From: Octopus sinensis
Lineage: Eukaryota
Assembly: GCF_006345805.1 (NCBI RefSeq)
Contig: NC_043002.1
Location: 2,666,001 to 2,730,000, forward strand
DNA length: 64,000 nucleotides
Reading direction: 5' to 3'
This document shows, piece after piece, positions 26,291 to 40,021 of the stretch. The notes below the pieces were generated by a model, which had not been told where the DNA came from, did not search any database, and worked only from the letters and a program-made list of their open reading frames with translations. Positions within the stretch are counted from its first letter, which is position 1. Every line of letters begins with the position of its first letter. Position numbers and translations under genes: made by a program.

Positions 26291-27356
26291 ATACGCGTAC
26301 ACATACACACATCAGAATGTGTGTATACATATATACATACATGCATTGATATGCGTTTATGTGTATAACATGTGCGCCTTTTAAATGCACAAGTCTAGCT
26401 ATTTAATTCGTTACATCCTGAAATAAATGCCACTTGAACCAGTCAAGTTCATACTATTCTTAATCCGATGTTTAGCCTCTCCCCTACATAAAAACTTTAC
26501 CAAGTTCACAATATTTGCACAGCCTCTCCTCCTTTGTTGATATTATGCAATGTCATTTACATCTTCTCCTAATCCGATTTAGATATGTTATATTTACAGA
26601 TTGTAACCGGATTTTATATTTCTTTTAAAGCATTTTATTTCCATTTTAAAGTTGTATATAGTTTTCTGTAAAAATATTCTCCGTGTAATCTAATACTTCA
26701 TCTTAAATTCAAAGAAAAAAATCCTTCACACTTTATTCCATTTAATCCTTGGTAAACTGCAAAATACGATAAAATAAAAGAAATCGATTTTCTGTCGTGT
26801 TGTTTTTAAATCGGCTAAAAATAAAAAGCGTATCTTTGCAGTTAGAAATACAATGCCTCAATGTACATATGTTCCCTGCCTGTAGAAGATTATATATTCA
26901 GAATTTAGTAATGTAAATATATACACAACACGACCGTAACCTCTCACATTTCTATAGCCTCGTCACTGCTGTGTTCTGCCTCAAACATAGCAGTTCAACT
27001 ATTTCGTTTCTCTCCAATAATAAGATTAGATGTTTGGGAGGCGGAGGGGATTCTGTTGCCTTGGCGTTAATGTGTGTGTGTGTGTGTGTGTGCGTGTTTG
27101 TGTGCGTGTGTGTGTATGTGTGTTGAGTAAAATTGTTATAAAATACACACACACACACACACGCACACATACACACGTGTGCACACGCACAAATACACAC
27201 ACATATAGCTACATACATAGATAGGTTTACTAAATATGGATAAATATACATGAAAATTGTCACTACTTGTACGCATGAGTATTATAGCATTTTTAAATAC
27301 TAAATTTTAAGAAAATTTTAAAATATTGTGACACTATCAAGTACCTTTTGCAAAAT

Positions 27357-27357
27357 A

Positions 27358-27451
<94 letters not shown>

Positions 27452-27464
27452 TGATAGATAGATT

Positions 27465-27553
<89 letters not shown>

Positions 27554-27555
27554 GT

Positions 27556-27586
<31 letters not shown>

Positions 27587-27594
27587 TAGATAGG

Positions 27595-27666
<72 letters not shown>

Positions 27667-27670
27667 CATA
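27357..27670. repeat. (GATA)n microsatellite
   Basis: Direct reading. Confidence 0.97.
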
Positions 27671-27735
27671 CATATATAAAGATAAACACGCGCGCATATA
27701 CATATATAAATATATATACACACACACATACACAC

Positions 27736-27819
<84 letters not shown>

Positions 27820-28107
27820 AGATGTTATATATTCGTTGATGCAAACAGGTAAACATAGAACTCAAAACATGAGTGTATATACTTTTGAAATTCGTTCATA
27901 TCGATTATGTATATACATGTGTGCGCGTTTGGGTGTGGAAAGGAATTGGATGGCAGAATCGGTAGAATATCGGGCAAAAATGTCATGTGATATTTTGTTG
28001 CCACCCTTTCTATTGTAAGTTCCAACCCTGCTTTCCACACATGCAACCAAGGCCCAAAGATAATACATCCTGTCTATATACAATACATAAACATGATTAT
28101 ATATACA

Positions 28108-28144
<37 letters not shown>

Positions 28145-29189
28145 GTATATATATACATATATAAACGTGCCTTATTGTACATAATGTTAGAAAGCTAAGG
28201 CAAAATGTGTGTTTATTGAATGCATTAGCAGAATGGAGAAAAGGAAACGGGAGAATTGTAGACTTCGAGATTGTTTCCCCGCGAGGATTAACGATGTCGA
28301 TACAGCGAAATGGTAACAAAACAGAATCAGAACCGTGTCGCAGACTCCTCCGTACACCAGACCTCTTCACCAACTCCTCACCGTCAACAATATATATTTC
28401 ATATAATAATATATAAACCAGCTAGGCCCTCCACCACCCCTTGCTTTCCCTATTGTTTTACTGTTTGTGCGCGTGCGTGTGTGTGTGTGTTACCGATATT
28501 TTATGAGATTTCCAATGCTACGGCACCCCAGAAAGACGAATATATCAGACAATAACATTATTCCTCTCCTAAAAATCACATTTATATATATCGTAATTCT
28601 GTAAGAAATGACATCTCCTAAATAATGAATATAGAAGAGGTGTGCTTTAATATAACAGCAATGTCTGAAAGCGAACGAATATGGTCGAGTTATATGTGTG
28701 TCACTTTCATATTCTGCACTATATAAACCGGTTAAAGTGCGTGGCATGGTGACTAGAGTGTTCGGCTCATAATCATAAATTTGTGCGTTCGATTCTTTTC
28801 ACGTTTCCCCAGCCAATTCAGGCGAAAAAGGGTAAAAGCCGAATCCTGGGTCCTCTCCCTCTCCCTCTCTCTTTCTCCTCCCTCTCCAGGGATGTGCCGT
28901 TGGCCTCAGCAGCCAGGAGAATTGAAAGAGTGTTTTTGTCGGCCCACAGCCACAGAAGAACCTAAAACCATCTGCAGAATCGCTGCCACGTATCACCGAA
29001 CCATCAACATCTCGCCTCGCTCATAAGTACAAACTATTCCAAGAAAAAGACAATGCTGTCGCTTATGTTCTTATTTATTCCAAATATCAGGAACCTCCGG
29101 ATAAATCCGAAAGCACTCAGATTTTCATGGTGACCATATAATCCCTATTAAAACTTTGTATTAAAGTATTTAATTTTTTTAAATCATTT

Positions 29190-29640
29190 AAATACAAAAA
29201 ATTAACATGTTAATCCAATGCCGGATTATTGTCATTAATAGTTGAAAATTTGTATTACGTATAATACGAGATCTGATCAAAAATATTGGGTCAGGTGCTA
29301 TAAAAAGAAAACTCCAAAACATATCATTCCTCCATTTAATCTCATTCGCAGTAATCCATCTTCTGCAGCCACACGCTTCATCCAGAGTCGTTTCGGTTGA
29401 TGCAAGAAGCATTGCTAGAATTCTTTTTGCATTGCGTCGTCGTCTTGAAACCTTTTGTTGAAGTCTTCCACTGAACCTTGGACCCACGATTTCAAAAGGT
29501 TTTCGTCTTCCGCAGCTGAAACACGATCTTCTTTTGAGACGACCACATTCTACACACTTTACTTTCAAGCACTGCTATACACAACGGAAGTGAGCGAGAA
29601 TGCTATAACTTAATGAGCATGTGCGACTATTGCTTTTGTC
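29190..29640 (-). mobile_element. Highly decayed mariner 5' region
   Basis: 29570-29615 (GCACTGCTATACACAACGGAAGTGAGC) resembles 24449-24478; minus strand RRWITANEI resembles the mariner HTH motif RRITxREI. Confidence 0.45.
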
Positions 29641-29815
29641 GCTAATTGACCAAATTAGTTTGCTTAGGTTTCTGTTATTTATTTTTTCCTTTCTCTACAT
29701 GAAATTAAATTATTGGTTAGTCTCTTTTTGAAAAGAAAGGTAGAAAGCTGGCCCCTATATAAAAGTATTCTCTTCCCTCCGTGGTAACTTTGCATCTCGG
29801 AGAGAAGAGAATATG

Positions 29816-29858
<43 letters not shown>

Positions 29859-29914
29859 GTATGTATATACGTATGTATGTATGCATGTATATATGTATGT
29901 ATGTATGTATGTAA

Positions 29915-29949
<35 letters not shown>

Positions 29950-30853
29950 TGTATGTATGTATGTATGTATGTAATGTGTATAAGGGACGTGCCGCCTAGG
30001 TAGGCAAGGTAGGCGGTGCTTCTGCCTACCTTGTATAAAATAGATCGATAGTAACATTTTCCTTTTATGGCAAAATAATTCAATAAATTTATGAACATTA
30101 CTCTGATTACTATGCATAAAATGCAAAATATTTTATGTTTTGAAGATTAGGTGGGCATAATTTGCCCCAGTTTTTCAATCTCGGTATTAAAGCTACGCTT
30201 AGAACTGCTGTAGTACACATGCTGCGTACACTCCTACAACAATACTCCTACAACAACGTTTTCTTTACGTGATATAAAGGCAGAAGTAAATCTGCCTTCA
30301 CCTCAGTCGCGTGTTTCGCTTGTTTTTTGTTTTACTACATAAAAGTCACCAACTGCCAACCATGAGTAATAACTGATGACACGTGCCTCACATATATATG
30401 TGTGTGTGTGTATGTGTGTGTGTGTGTATGTGATTAAAATCGTAGGCAGTTCCAATTGATGCACCGCAAGGCCGTGTATCAAGTGCAATTGTTTTGGCCT
30501 GTCAGACTGCATCTGTCTTTCGAAATGTGGAACAGAAATATGTTTCGTGTTGCGGTGTAGCTGAGTAGAGACGTGTGTGAACGCTGTGCACTTTAGTTTC
30601 TCACTGATGGCAGCCGATAATCAAAAACTTGAAGTAGATAATCAATCAAAGGGTAGTAGGTAATCGATCAAAAACTAAAAGAAGATAATCAATCAGAAAA
30701 TCAATGTGGAAACTGAACCATTATTGGACAGGTGAGGATTACTGGTATTGAATATTGCAGAATTAATTATGTAGAATATTATGCGAGGATTAGTAAAACA
30801 GAATATGTGAAGGTTAGTAAATTTAGAATATCTCTCTCCCTCCCTCCCCCCCT

Positions 30854-30887
<34 letters not shown>

Positions 30888-31800
30888 CAGACTATGTGAG
30901 GATTAGTAACACGGAATATATGAACCATTAGAAAACCATTGAGCGTTTATCTTCCCAGGAAAATGCGAAGAAGGAAAATGCGAAGAAGGACTAAGGCTTA
31001 AAGCTCAAGGAAATAATATATTCCGTATCTGGAGACTTAATTCTAACTAGTTTGACTGATGTAGCCGTTCAGTTTGTCGATCCAAGATTCGAGTTTTCCT
31101 AAAGGATCTCTCGGAAAAATCCCAGTCAAATAAAGTGAAACTGTTCCCAAGGAAATTCTTCATCGAGATTTAGCGTTATTTTCAAACATCTTCATTTGTC
31201 ACGTGATACTTTTAACAGCCGAAATGTCAGCAGTTCGCATCACCGATGTACAAAGGTTGTTTGGTTAATGTTGATGTTGCCATCGTCGTCGCTGCTGCTG
31301 CTGCTGCTGCTGCTGTTTTTGTTGGTATTATCGTTTCACTCTAAATTAAACCTGGTGTAGTATATCTATGATTAAACAGATTCCAACCTTGACCATCGCG
31401 TCATTATATTTTCAGATCCGTCCAATGCGTGTCCTCTCCTTTGTAAGAGAGAGCGAAAGGTTATTTGACGCTGATGTATCCACATTAGACCCACCACCGG
31501 AAGCCCTGGAATATCGTACAGTCGTTGGATGTTTCTTCAACCATTCAGTTTCCGATTCAAAGGTGTTTAGAACAGCGGCCATAGCAATACCATCAGGAAA
31601 CGATAAGAACTTAGTCTTACTGGTCCACCTCTTGCCTTGATACATTTAACCCTAGGAGATAAATGTATCGAGTTTTATTCGACATAAATATTTGTGGGAA
31701 GTATGTGTGTGTATGTATATATTTGTATGTATATATTTGTATATATATATATATATTATATATATATATATATATAATATATATATATATAATAAATATT

Positions 31801-32157
31801 AGGGAATAATCCAAATTTACAGGGAAAAATCAGATTTAGGATTGAATCCAATTTTATAGTAAAATATAATATAATATTAATTAGAGACAAAACCACTATT
31901 ATGCAAATCAAACAAAGAAAGACTTAATCCAATACATAATTATATTTAATTTATATAAAATTTTTTAAGATATCCACTACGATCGTTTCTTGTCACTTCA
32001 ATGGACATTTATCAGGTGGTTTCAAGACCTTCTATGCAATTTTGAACTATGAAGTGGATATCTTAATTATATTTAATTTATATAAAAAATTTTATGTATT
32101 GGATTAAGTCTTTCTTTGTTTGATTTGCATAATAGTGGTTTTGTCTCTAATTAATAT

Positions 32158-32162
<5 letters not shown>
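31801..32162 (-). mobile_element. Penelope-like terminal repeat with an inverted partial copy (head-to-head)
   Basis: Perfect 69-bp inverted repeat (31869-31937 / 32094-32162) plus a 12-bp inner inverted repeat, enclosing a hammerhead motif. Confidence 0.65.
31974..32019 (-). ncRNA. Type I hammerhead ribozyme with core substitution G8A
   Basis: Minus strand CCAC-CUGAUAA-aUGUC..GACAa-GAAA-CGAUCG-UA^GUGG; stem I CCAC/GUGG; palindromic stem III. Confidence 0.7.
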
Positions 32163-32219
<57 letters not shown>

Positions 32220-32589
32220 GTATGTATTATGTATGTATGTATGTATGTATGTATGTATGTATGCATGTATGTATGCATGCATGTATATTTATGTGTGCGT
32301 GTATATATGTCTATATACATACATAAACATATAGTTTACAAGAGCTTATATAGCATCAAATATAAATGATTTTATCGAAATGTAGACCATTTGAAATGAA
32401 TGGTGTATTCAGTTTTGTAAATTAGTCAACAAGGGAAAGATTATAACATACAACTTTTATTCAAAATAAATAATTTTTTTTTTTTATTAATTTCTTATTT
32501 AAGTTATTTATTCAATTACAAATTTGGTAAATTGCTTCTAAGGGTAACCTTATATTTTTTAAAGTATTTAAATTTTATTTCAGCTTCTT

Positions 32590-32675
32590 TTCTCTTTCTA
32601 TCTCTCTCTCTCCTCTCTCTCACTCTCCTCTCTCTCACTCTCCTCTCTCTCACTCTCCTCTCTCTCTCCTCTCTT

Positions 32676-32706
<31 letters not shown>

Positions 32707-32812
32707 TTCTCTCTCTCCTCTCTCTCTTCTCTCTCTCTCTCTCTCTTCTCTCTCTCCTCTCTTTCTCTCTCTCTTCTCTCTCTCCTCTCTCTCTCTCTCT
32801 TCTCTCTCTCAT
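32590..32812. repeat. (CT)n-rich microsatellite
   Basis: Direct reading; source of the poly-RE ORF. Confidence 0.95.
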
Positions 32813-32949
32813 ATCTTAAATATTTCTGTTGTTAATATTACAGAAAACATAGAAATCTGCTCGTTTCGGATGGAGTTGAAGTTAGAACTATTAAGTGTCC
32901 GAAGAATAAATTTGGGTTAAACTTTAATCTAAGATTTGCAATGAGGAGA

Positions 32950-33430
32950 CGGAGACCAGGAAATAAGAACAGAACTCAGGGCAGCAAAATACTGTGGAAG
33001 GACGGAGCTCTTGAGAAGAAGATCAGATTAAAGCTTCTGGAATTCTAGCTTGGCTTGTTGTACCGTCTGGATGTGAAAGGCGGAGCCGAATAGCAAAAGG
33101 TACTGCCAAAATCAAAGCATTTGTAACAACACGTGCCACCGAAGAGTCTTGAAGATCAACTTGAGTGACTCTCGAACAAGTAAGTCAGAACTTGAGCAAA
33201 TGGAAATCGAAAGAGTATTTTAGGCAAATGTCAGAATGAGGAAGCTGCAATATTTTGGGCATGTCGTCAGAGCCCAGAAACGCAGTAGTCACATCCTGGA
33301 AGAAGAGATAATGATCAACAAGGAAGGACGAGGCCGAGAAGACGGAAGCTGGATGACATCAAAGAACAGACCAGAAGACCTCTGAATGATGAATAACGGT
33401 CGGAGGCAGGAATTAATTGATGGAGAGCCA
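32950..33430 (+). mobile_element. Decayed RTE-clade LINE C-terminal fragment
   Basis: Frame fragments KIKAF, CHRRVLKIN, RKLQYFGHVVRAQ, EGRGR..LDDIKE. Confidence 0.7.
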
Positions 33431-34038
33431 GATGCATCCAGAGACCCCAACTCCAACCCTCAGTAATGAAAATGGGAATAGATGACCTCAGGAGGATGAA
33501 TGCACAATTATGGTGTGAGGCAATAAAAGATGGAGAGGGATGGTGCATGCGTTCATGGTCCCTGGATCACGGCAATGAGTGTGGGAATGAGTAAAACAAG
33601 GTAAGTTTTTAAGAGAAACAATAACAGGAAATATTTTTATGGGGCCGTTGAAGTCGGAGCTAAACAAGAGTTTCAATACTTGAGATGGCATTAAATCCTT
33701 GTAGAGGTTCCTTCATTTGGCGGTTATGGTGTTTTCACAATTCTATGGAATAAAATCGATAAATCAATCACACGATATAATGACATTGGCTGCTGAGTCA
33801 TTCAAAACCACAACATTTAGTTTTATTCACAATTTCTGCTTCCTTCTCGAATGGTAGAGAAACTCGATTCCAAATACTTGTATTCTACATCGAAAAAAGT
33901 GATTCGTCACTCGTTTTTATGGAGAAAAGAATCATTCAAAATATAAGGAATTTTGCAAAGAACGTTATAAAGATTCGAACCGTTATCTGAAGAACCAAGT
34001 ATCGTGCGTTTGGTAGATGTAAGGGGATTGCAGAATTA

Positions 34039-34500
34039 AAGGCGGCTGCGAGAGCTGGCAGAATCGTTAGCACGCCGGACAAAGTAACAAGCAGCATTTC
34101 ATCTGTCTTAAGGTTCTGAGTTCAAATTCCACCGAAGTGGACTTTGTCTTTCGTCCTTTTGGGGTCGATAAAATAAGTACCTATTTCTTTACTACCCACA
34201 AAGGGCTACACACAGGGGAGACAAACAAGGACAGATAGACGGATTAAGTCGATTATATCGACCCCAGTGAGTAACTGGTACTTAATTTATCGACCCCGAA
34301 AGGATAAAAGGCTAAGTCGACCTCGGCGGAATTTGAACTTAGAACGTAACGGCAGACGAAATACGGCTACGCATTTCGCCCGGCGTGTTAACGCTTCTGC
34401 CAGCTCGCCGATAAAATAAGTACCAGTTGTGTACTAGGGTCGATATAATTGACTTTCCCTTTCTCTCGAAATTACCGGCCTTGTGCCAAAACTTGAAAAA
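34039..34500 (+). mobile_element. SINE family A interrupted by a second, inverted family A copy
   Basis: Host halves 34039-34181 and 34411-34500; duplication ATAAAATAAGTACC at 34168-34181 and 34411-34424. Confidence 0.88.
34182..34410 (-). mobile_element. Nested SINE family A copy
   Basis: Reverse complement of the 1551-1784 type, including the GTAGTAAAGAAATA tail. Confidence 0.9.
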
Positions 34501-35514
34501 CCGATATATTACAGGGCTAATCGAGCTTTTCAAAGTGCATTTAAGTAAATAACGGAATCAAGATACACGAGGGGTCAATATGGTAACCGAGTGAAAGGAA
34601 TTCTTGATAAACTAGAAAATATAAAGGACCAAACGAACGATGATAATAATGTAAAAGATATAAAAAGTTAAACTGACAGACCGGAAACATTAGCAAATTG
34701 GACGACAAAATAAGCGTTTCCATAAGATACTGCCCAACAACAGATTTCATTTTTTTTCCATTCCATCAAACGTTCCCTGATTTATGAGTTAGTATTTCGA
34801 TACTGTGAATTAGCAATGTTGTGTTGAACAGGTGGAAGTATTGATTGTGTAGGATTCATTAAACAGGTATTGGAACATTCTAATAGAAGAAGAATATTAT
34901 AAATTGAGAGACATTTGCATTCTTGTAAACATATCTCAGAATACAGTCTTCTGATATACCCCGAATGGTGTATGATAGTGCAAGACTACATCGGGTTCTG
35001 AACTAGTAGCAACAAGCTTGCTATTTATTATACACTAAGATAAAAGATTAGCCTTGTTTGTACATCCTCTGCTATTTCAAGATTCCCATAGCATAAATAT
35101 AATAATCAGATCATTTAATAAAATACAGGCAACTCTGGTAGCACTTTAACAATATATTCAATTACAATTAACTTCAGTGAATATAATAAAATAATTAGAA
35201 TAAAGATTAGACGACAAAGAATAAATTTCATTCAAATTGTATACCCCACGTCATTCACTGCATCACCATCTCTCAGCGCAGTTAAGTTCAATAAAGAATA
35301 TTTGATCGACCAAATCAATTCTTGAAACCTTTTAATTAAAGTTACTCTGTTGAGCTTTATGGTTGTTTTTGTTTCAATAAAATAAATATGTTGCGTTTTG
35401 GTGACTGCTACGCATTTACCCCCAATTCCAAGATGAATGAGGAAATGGTATTATTTTACATGTTCAGAGTAATGAGATGGAAGAATCGTTACAACATTGG
35501 AAACACTACTTTAA

Positions 35515-35675
35515 GGTATTTTTTCTTCCTCTTTACGTTCTGAGTTCAAATTCTACGAAGGCCAGCTTTCTCTTTTATCCTTTCAAAGTAGTTAAAATAA
35601 ATTACCAGTCAAGAACAGGAGTCAAGAGCATCGGCTAACCCCACCCGTCAAAATGTGCCTAAATAGGAAAACATT
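35515..35675 (+). mobile_element. Old partial SINE family A
   Basis: TTACGTTCTGAGTTCAAATTC and a diverged body. Confidence 0.6.
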
Positions 35676-35932
35676 ACTTTACCTGTTTAACATGAAACCT
35701 TCGGCAGGTGTTAGAAATCAAAAGATTGACTGCATAAAATACGATATTTATTATAAAATTGATTAGAATATGGTAGAAAGACGTCTAGAAAATTTATAGG
35801 AACAGATTTAACAGGAAAATAATGTCTGCAAGGAGTGTATGAATATATTAATATATAAAATTTTATCATCATTAATATATTGATGTAAATAGATTATTAT
35901 TAGGAATATAGAGACGTGTATAAATTATTATT

Positions 35933-35985
<53 letters not shown>

Positions 35986-36235
35986 TGAGTGTATATGTAT
36001 GTGTATAAAAACTTTTTTGTAGAAGATAAAAATTTCAGTTGTCAGTACATTACATCCGAAAATGAAATCGTGCTTAGAGTGATTTATAAGACTTGGATGG
36101 GGTCCATGTTTATATTAAAAATTCAAATAATAAAAAATAAGAGATAATACAAAAAATATAATAGAAATAATAAGATATAAAATGTAAATGAAGTAAGATA
36201 TAAGAACACGAAAACCGTGTATGCGTGTGTCGATA

Positions 36236-36692
36236 GATGGGGCGGCGAGCTGGCAGACACGTTAGAGCGCCGGGCGAAATGCTTAGCGGTATTTCGTCTG
36301 TGGTTACGTTGTGAGTTCGAATTCCGCCGAGGTCGACTTTGCCTTTCATCCTTTCGGGGTCGATAAATAAAGTACCAGTTTCGCACTGGAGACGATGTAA
36401 TCGACTTAATCCCTTTGTTTGTCCTTGTTTGTCCCCTCTATGTTTAGCCCCTTGTGGGCAATAAAGAAATATATATATACTCTGTGTGCCTGTGCTTTTC
36501 CCTCCATCACTGCTTGACAACCGATGATGGTATGTTTACATCCCGTAACCTAGCGGTTCAGCAAAAGAGACCGATAGAATAAGTACCAGGCTTAAAAATC
36601 AAATACTTAAAAAGTAAATTGGTTCGACTAAAATTTCTCCAATGCGTTGCCCCAGCATGGCAGCACTCTAATGATTGAAACAAGTAAAAAAC
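36236..36692 (+). mobile_element. Composite SINE: family A followed by a second retroposon 3' half with a LINE-like tail
   Basis: 36236-36471 is family A; 36490-36692 is a different body ending GCGTTGCCCCAGCATGG..TGAAACAAGTAAAAA. Confidence 0.75.
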
Positions 36693-39014
36693 AAACGATG
36701 TGTATAATTGAATTTTATTATTTCTTCAGCTGTGATGAATAAAAGAGTTTATAATTTCCGCGCTAATCATGAATTGATGGGAGACAAGAAGAGAGGAAGC
36801 ATGGCGTTGTGTCAACGTTGATTCTTTTTCTTTTTTTTTTTTCAAGACTAACAAATGTAACCGAGGGTTATAATCGTTCGAATCAAACCCCTGGATGAAA
36901 GGAAACAGTCTCTGTGAGATTTGAACTTATAATTGTCAAGGACACTGCGACATACTCTGCACACAACTGTTTCTTCTACAATATCGTGGTTTTTATTAAC
37001 TGATTGCTATAGCAGTATTAAAAAGAAATGGATTTCTGGTTTCTTGAGAGAACAATTACACATTTTGAAGTATCTTTGCTCGAAGGACAGAGGTTGCAAC
37101 ATTGTTTTTTTGTATTTAATGTTCTATCACCAAGGCTCTAAACTGGATTTCCGCTCGGAAAGAAATGAAATTCTTATTTGATTTTTCTGCGTTCTTCATT
37201 GGAATTGTGAAACAAAGGGAATTTTATGATTTTAATAACCTGAAATCTTTGATACGTTGACCTTCCATACAAGAATTCGAAAAGATTTTAATGCAAGTAG
37301 CATTGGGATTTTGAAATTGTAGTCGTCACCACATTTCAATGTTGACGATATGAATGGCAATTTTAATGTGAAACGATTTCAATGAAATCAACTTCAAAGA
37401 ATTCCTTTTGATTAAAAAACCAAGTAAATGACAAAGTGGTTGTGTTAAGAATAATCAAAATTTAAGAACGTTAAAAAGTCATTAGAAGGGTTTAACAACA
37501 TAAATGAGAAGACAGAGCCTCTTGCGGAAGTTGCCGTTAATAGAAATAACCTCAGCACAAAATATTTGAGTGCTTAAACTAGTTCCCATTTAATGATTAT
37601 TACTCTCTGCCGATATTTTTCAATTCCCGATATGAGATTCAGAAAGTGAAACATAATAATGTTTAAGAAGCATTCAGAAAAAAGAAACCGATTCCTGATC
37701 TGCGAAAGGAAAATATTCTTAATGGATTTCGAAAACTAGAATCATTTTTGTCATCTGAAATTAGGAATGACTTGGGGAAGAAAATTTCAATATTTCGCTG
37801 GAAATATTGAGCCGAGTAAATAACAGCATTATAAATTATGCATCGCAAAGAACCACTAATACAGTGCCGTGGAATATTTCTCCGTGAAATAAGTACTTTT
37901 TATTCAAATGATTCTAGCGAATGACATAACATATTTAAAAAGTGAAGACAACGCTGGAAAAGAATAATCTAAATGTAATTATTTCCTGCAAATTTGCATT
38001 GATATTGATACACTCTCCGGGGAAATATAGTGATATCTATGAAAATATGCTAAGCATTTCACAGAAATATTAATGATATTTGCAAAGAATTCATGCTAAA
38101 TTTCTTTATTTGGCACAGTTTGGGAAGTAAAAACAATTAGGTTCTTAAATGGAACAAGTGCAAAGAACTGGAATTTATTATTCTTAGAATTGTTGTAAAG
38201 TGTTGTGGGAAAGTATGGAAATATTAGCAATATAAAATGTCGAAATATTACTGCCGCAATATGAGAATTAGTTGAACAACAATATGGCGATGCTACGTAG
38301 ATGGAGAGGAAACTGTGCGGATAATGTATTTCTATCAAACGCTATTTGTATCTAAGTTATAGCATTACGTTGTTAATAAATATTAGTGTTGAAGTAGTGT
38401 GAAATAAATACAGAGTAAATAAAACTAAGATTTATATCTTGGCATATTCTACAGAGCAAGGATTGAGTCCTTTTATAAGAATTATTTCTCGCACAATTTC
38501 TTGGTCTAGAGTAAAAACAAAAATAACAAGATCAATTTTCAGAACATTTCATGGTTTATAAGCTTCGTGTAAAGAATTTTAATGAAAGAATCTCACAGTT
38601 CCAGTTGTGTTTGTGTTGCTTTACTGAAACAGATTGTTTCTTGTTTGGGTGGGGTCTCTAATTATGAAATTCTAGCCAACGCCTCAAAGAGGTTTACTAA
38701 ATATGAGTTTCTAGAAAAGAAATATCACAGAATGAATTGATTCGGTGCCTTGCAGGAACTAACTTTAAGACCCACAAGGGAATGAAAACAAAAGTAAACT
38801 TGTCGTGGTACGAACTCAGAATCTAATGAAGAAAAAAAAGCTAAATGTCTTATAACTCGCTAATAGATTGGTCAGTTTCTTTTGCTTTTTTTCTGTAAAA
38901 CCGAGTATTTCTAGTTTTTGTGCAAATTTGTTGGTATCTAACCATATAAGAGCTGTAAGTTCCACATTAATTCGCCATAAATCTTCTCTTTTCCTGTATT
39001 TTTTATTGTCCATT

Positions 39015-39670
39015 CACATCCGCTGGGCAGCTGACCACTACAACAGTGCATGTCTTTTGTTCCTTGTCCCATGGAACAATATCATGTCTGTTATATTTGC
39101 ACCGAATTGATGTTTTCATTGGAGAATTCCTAGGTTTTTAAAGGCGCGAATTCCTGCTGGTTCTGACATGCCTTTGATGTATATGTCAGAGCTGTCCTTA
39201 TAAACGGTCCTTGCAACTATATCACGTCTCAGGGGCAGGTAGGTTCTTGTAGACATTTCACCGCAGCTACTGATGATGTGGCTGATATCTTCCACACTGG
39301 CAGAATAGAGTCGACTTTATTATCACAACGTGAAGGATTGGTTATATCTTTATCCCTCTTGTTTATCGGGTATTTAGTAACTATCTCCCGTTCCTGGACA
39401 GTGAAGGTATATCCTTCTAAGTGGGATGTAATGCATCTATCTCAGGTCCAGGAGAAGCTACTCTTCCTGCCAATGTTGTTGTTGCCTCTAGCTTACGGAA
39501 GATGTACCCATCCATTGCTTTTTGCTGGTATGTTTCCTGTTTCTCTTCCAAGCTTCTGTTATTCTAGCTTTAGTCACAACACCGACGTATTCAACGTTCT
39601 CATCCATTCCGACGCACTTGTGACACTCATCATTAGAGATAGGGGAGACAGACAAGCCGTTGATATACAT
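39015..39670 (-). mobile_element. R4/Dong-like LINE fragment (same group as 6588-8015)
   Basis: Minus strand SVEDISHIISSCGEMSTRTYLPLRRDIVARTVY; shares ACATCCGCTGGGCAGCT with 7190-7206; (GTAT)n at the 5' truncation. Confidence 0.7.
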
Positions 39671-39754
39671 ACTCTCTGCCTGCTATGTATGTATGTATGT
39701 ATGAGATGAAGGCGGAAAAAGTTCCAGCATCGCCTGTAAGTTAGGAACGCCGTG

Positions 39755-39969
39755 TCTACTACAAGCCGTGGTATTCGCAATCAGAGACGCACACATCGTC
39801 AGCCACCAAGGGACATCTTCATCTCGTCAAGATCAAGCAACTGGCAAGCAAATCTGTGCTATTGTGCAGAATATTTGCCGTCACCCATCTTTTACACCAA
39901 AACAAAACATGATAGCATTTTCAATCAGATAAGAGCAGATGCCATAAGAGCCACTGCTTGGTACTGCAT
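39755..39969 (-). mobile_element. Family B retroposon, 5' part
   Basis: Aligns with 11960-12170. Confidence 0.75.
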
Positions 39970-39972
39970 AAT

Positions 39973-40021
<49 letters not shown>

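Noticed and set aside
28889-29026. Possible exon after a pyrimidine tract
   Set aside because: The tract is a (CT)n microsatellite; no good donor and no recognisable peptide.
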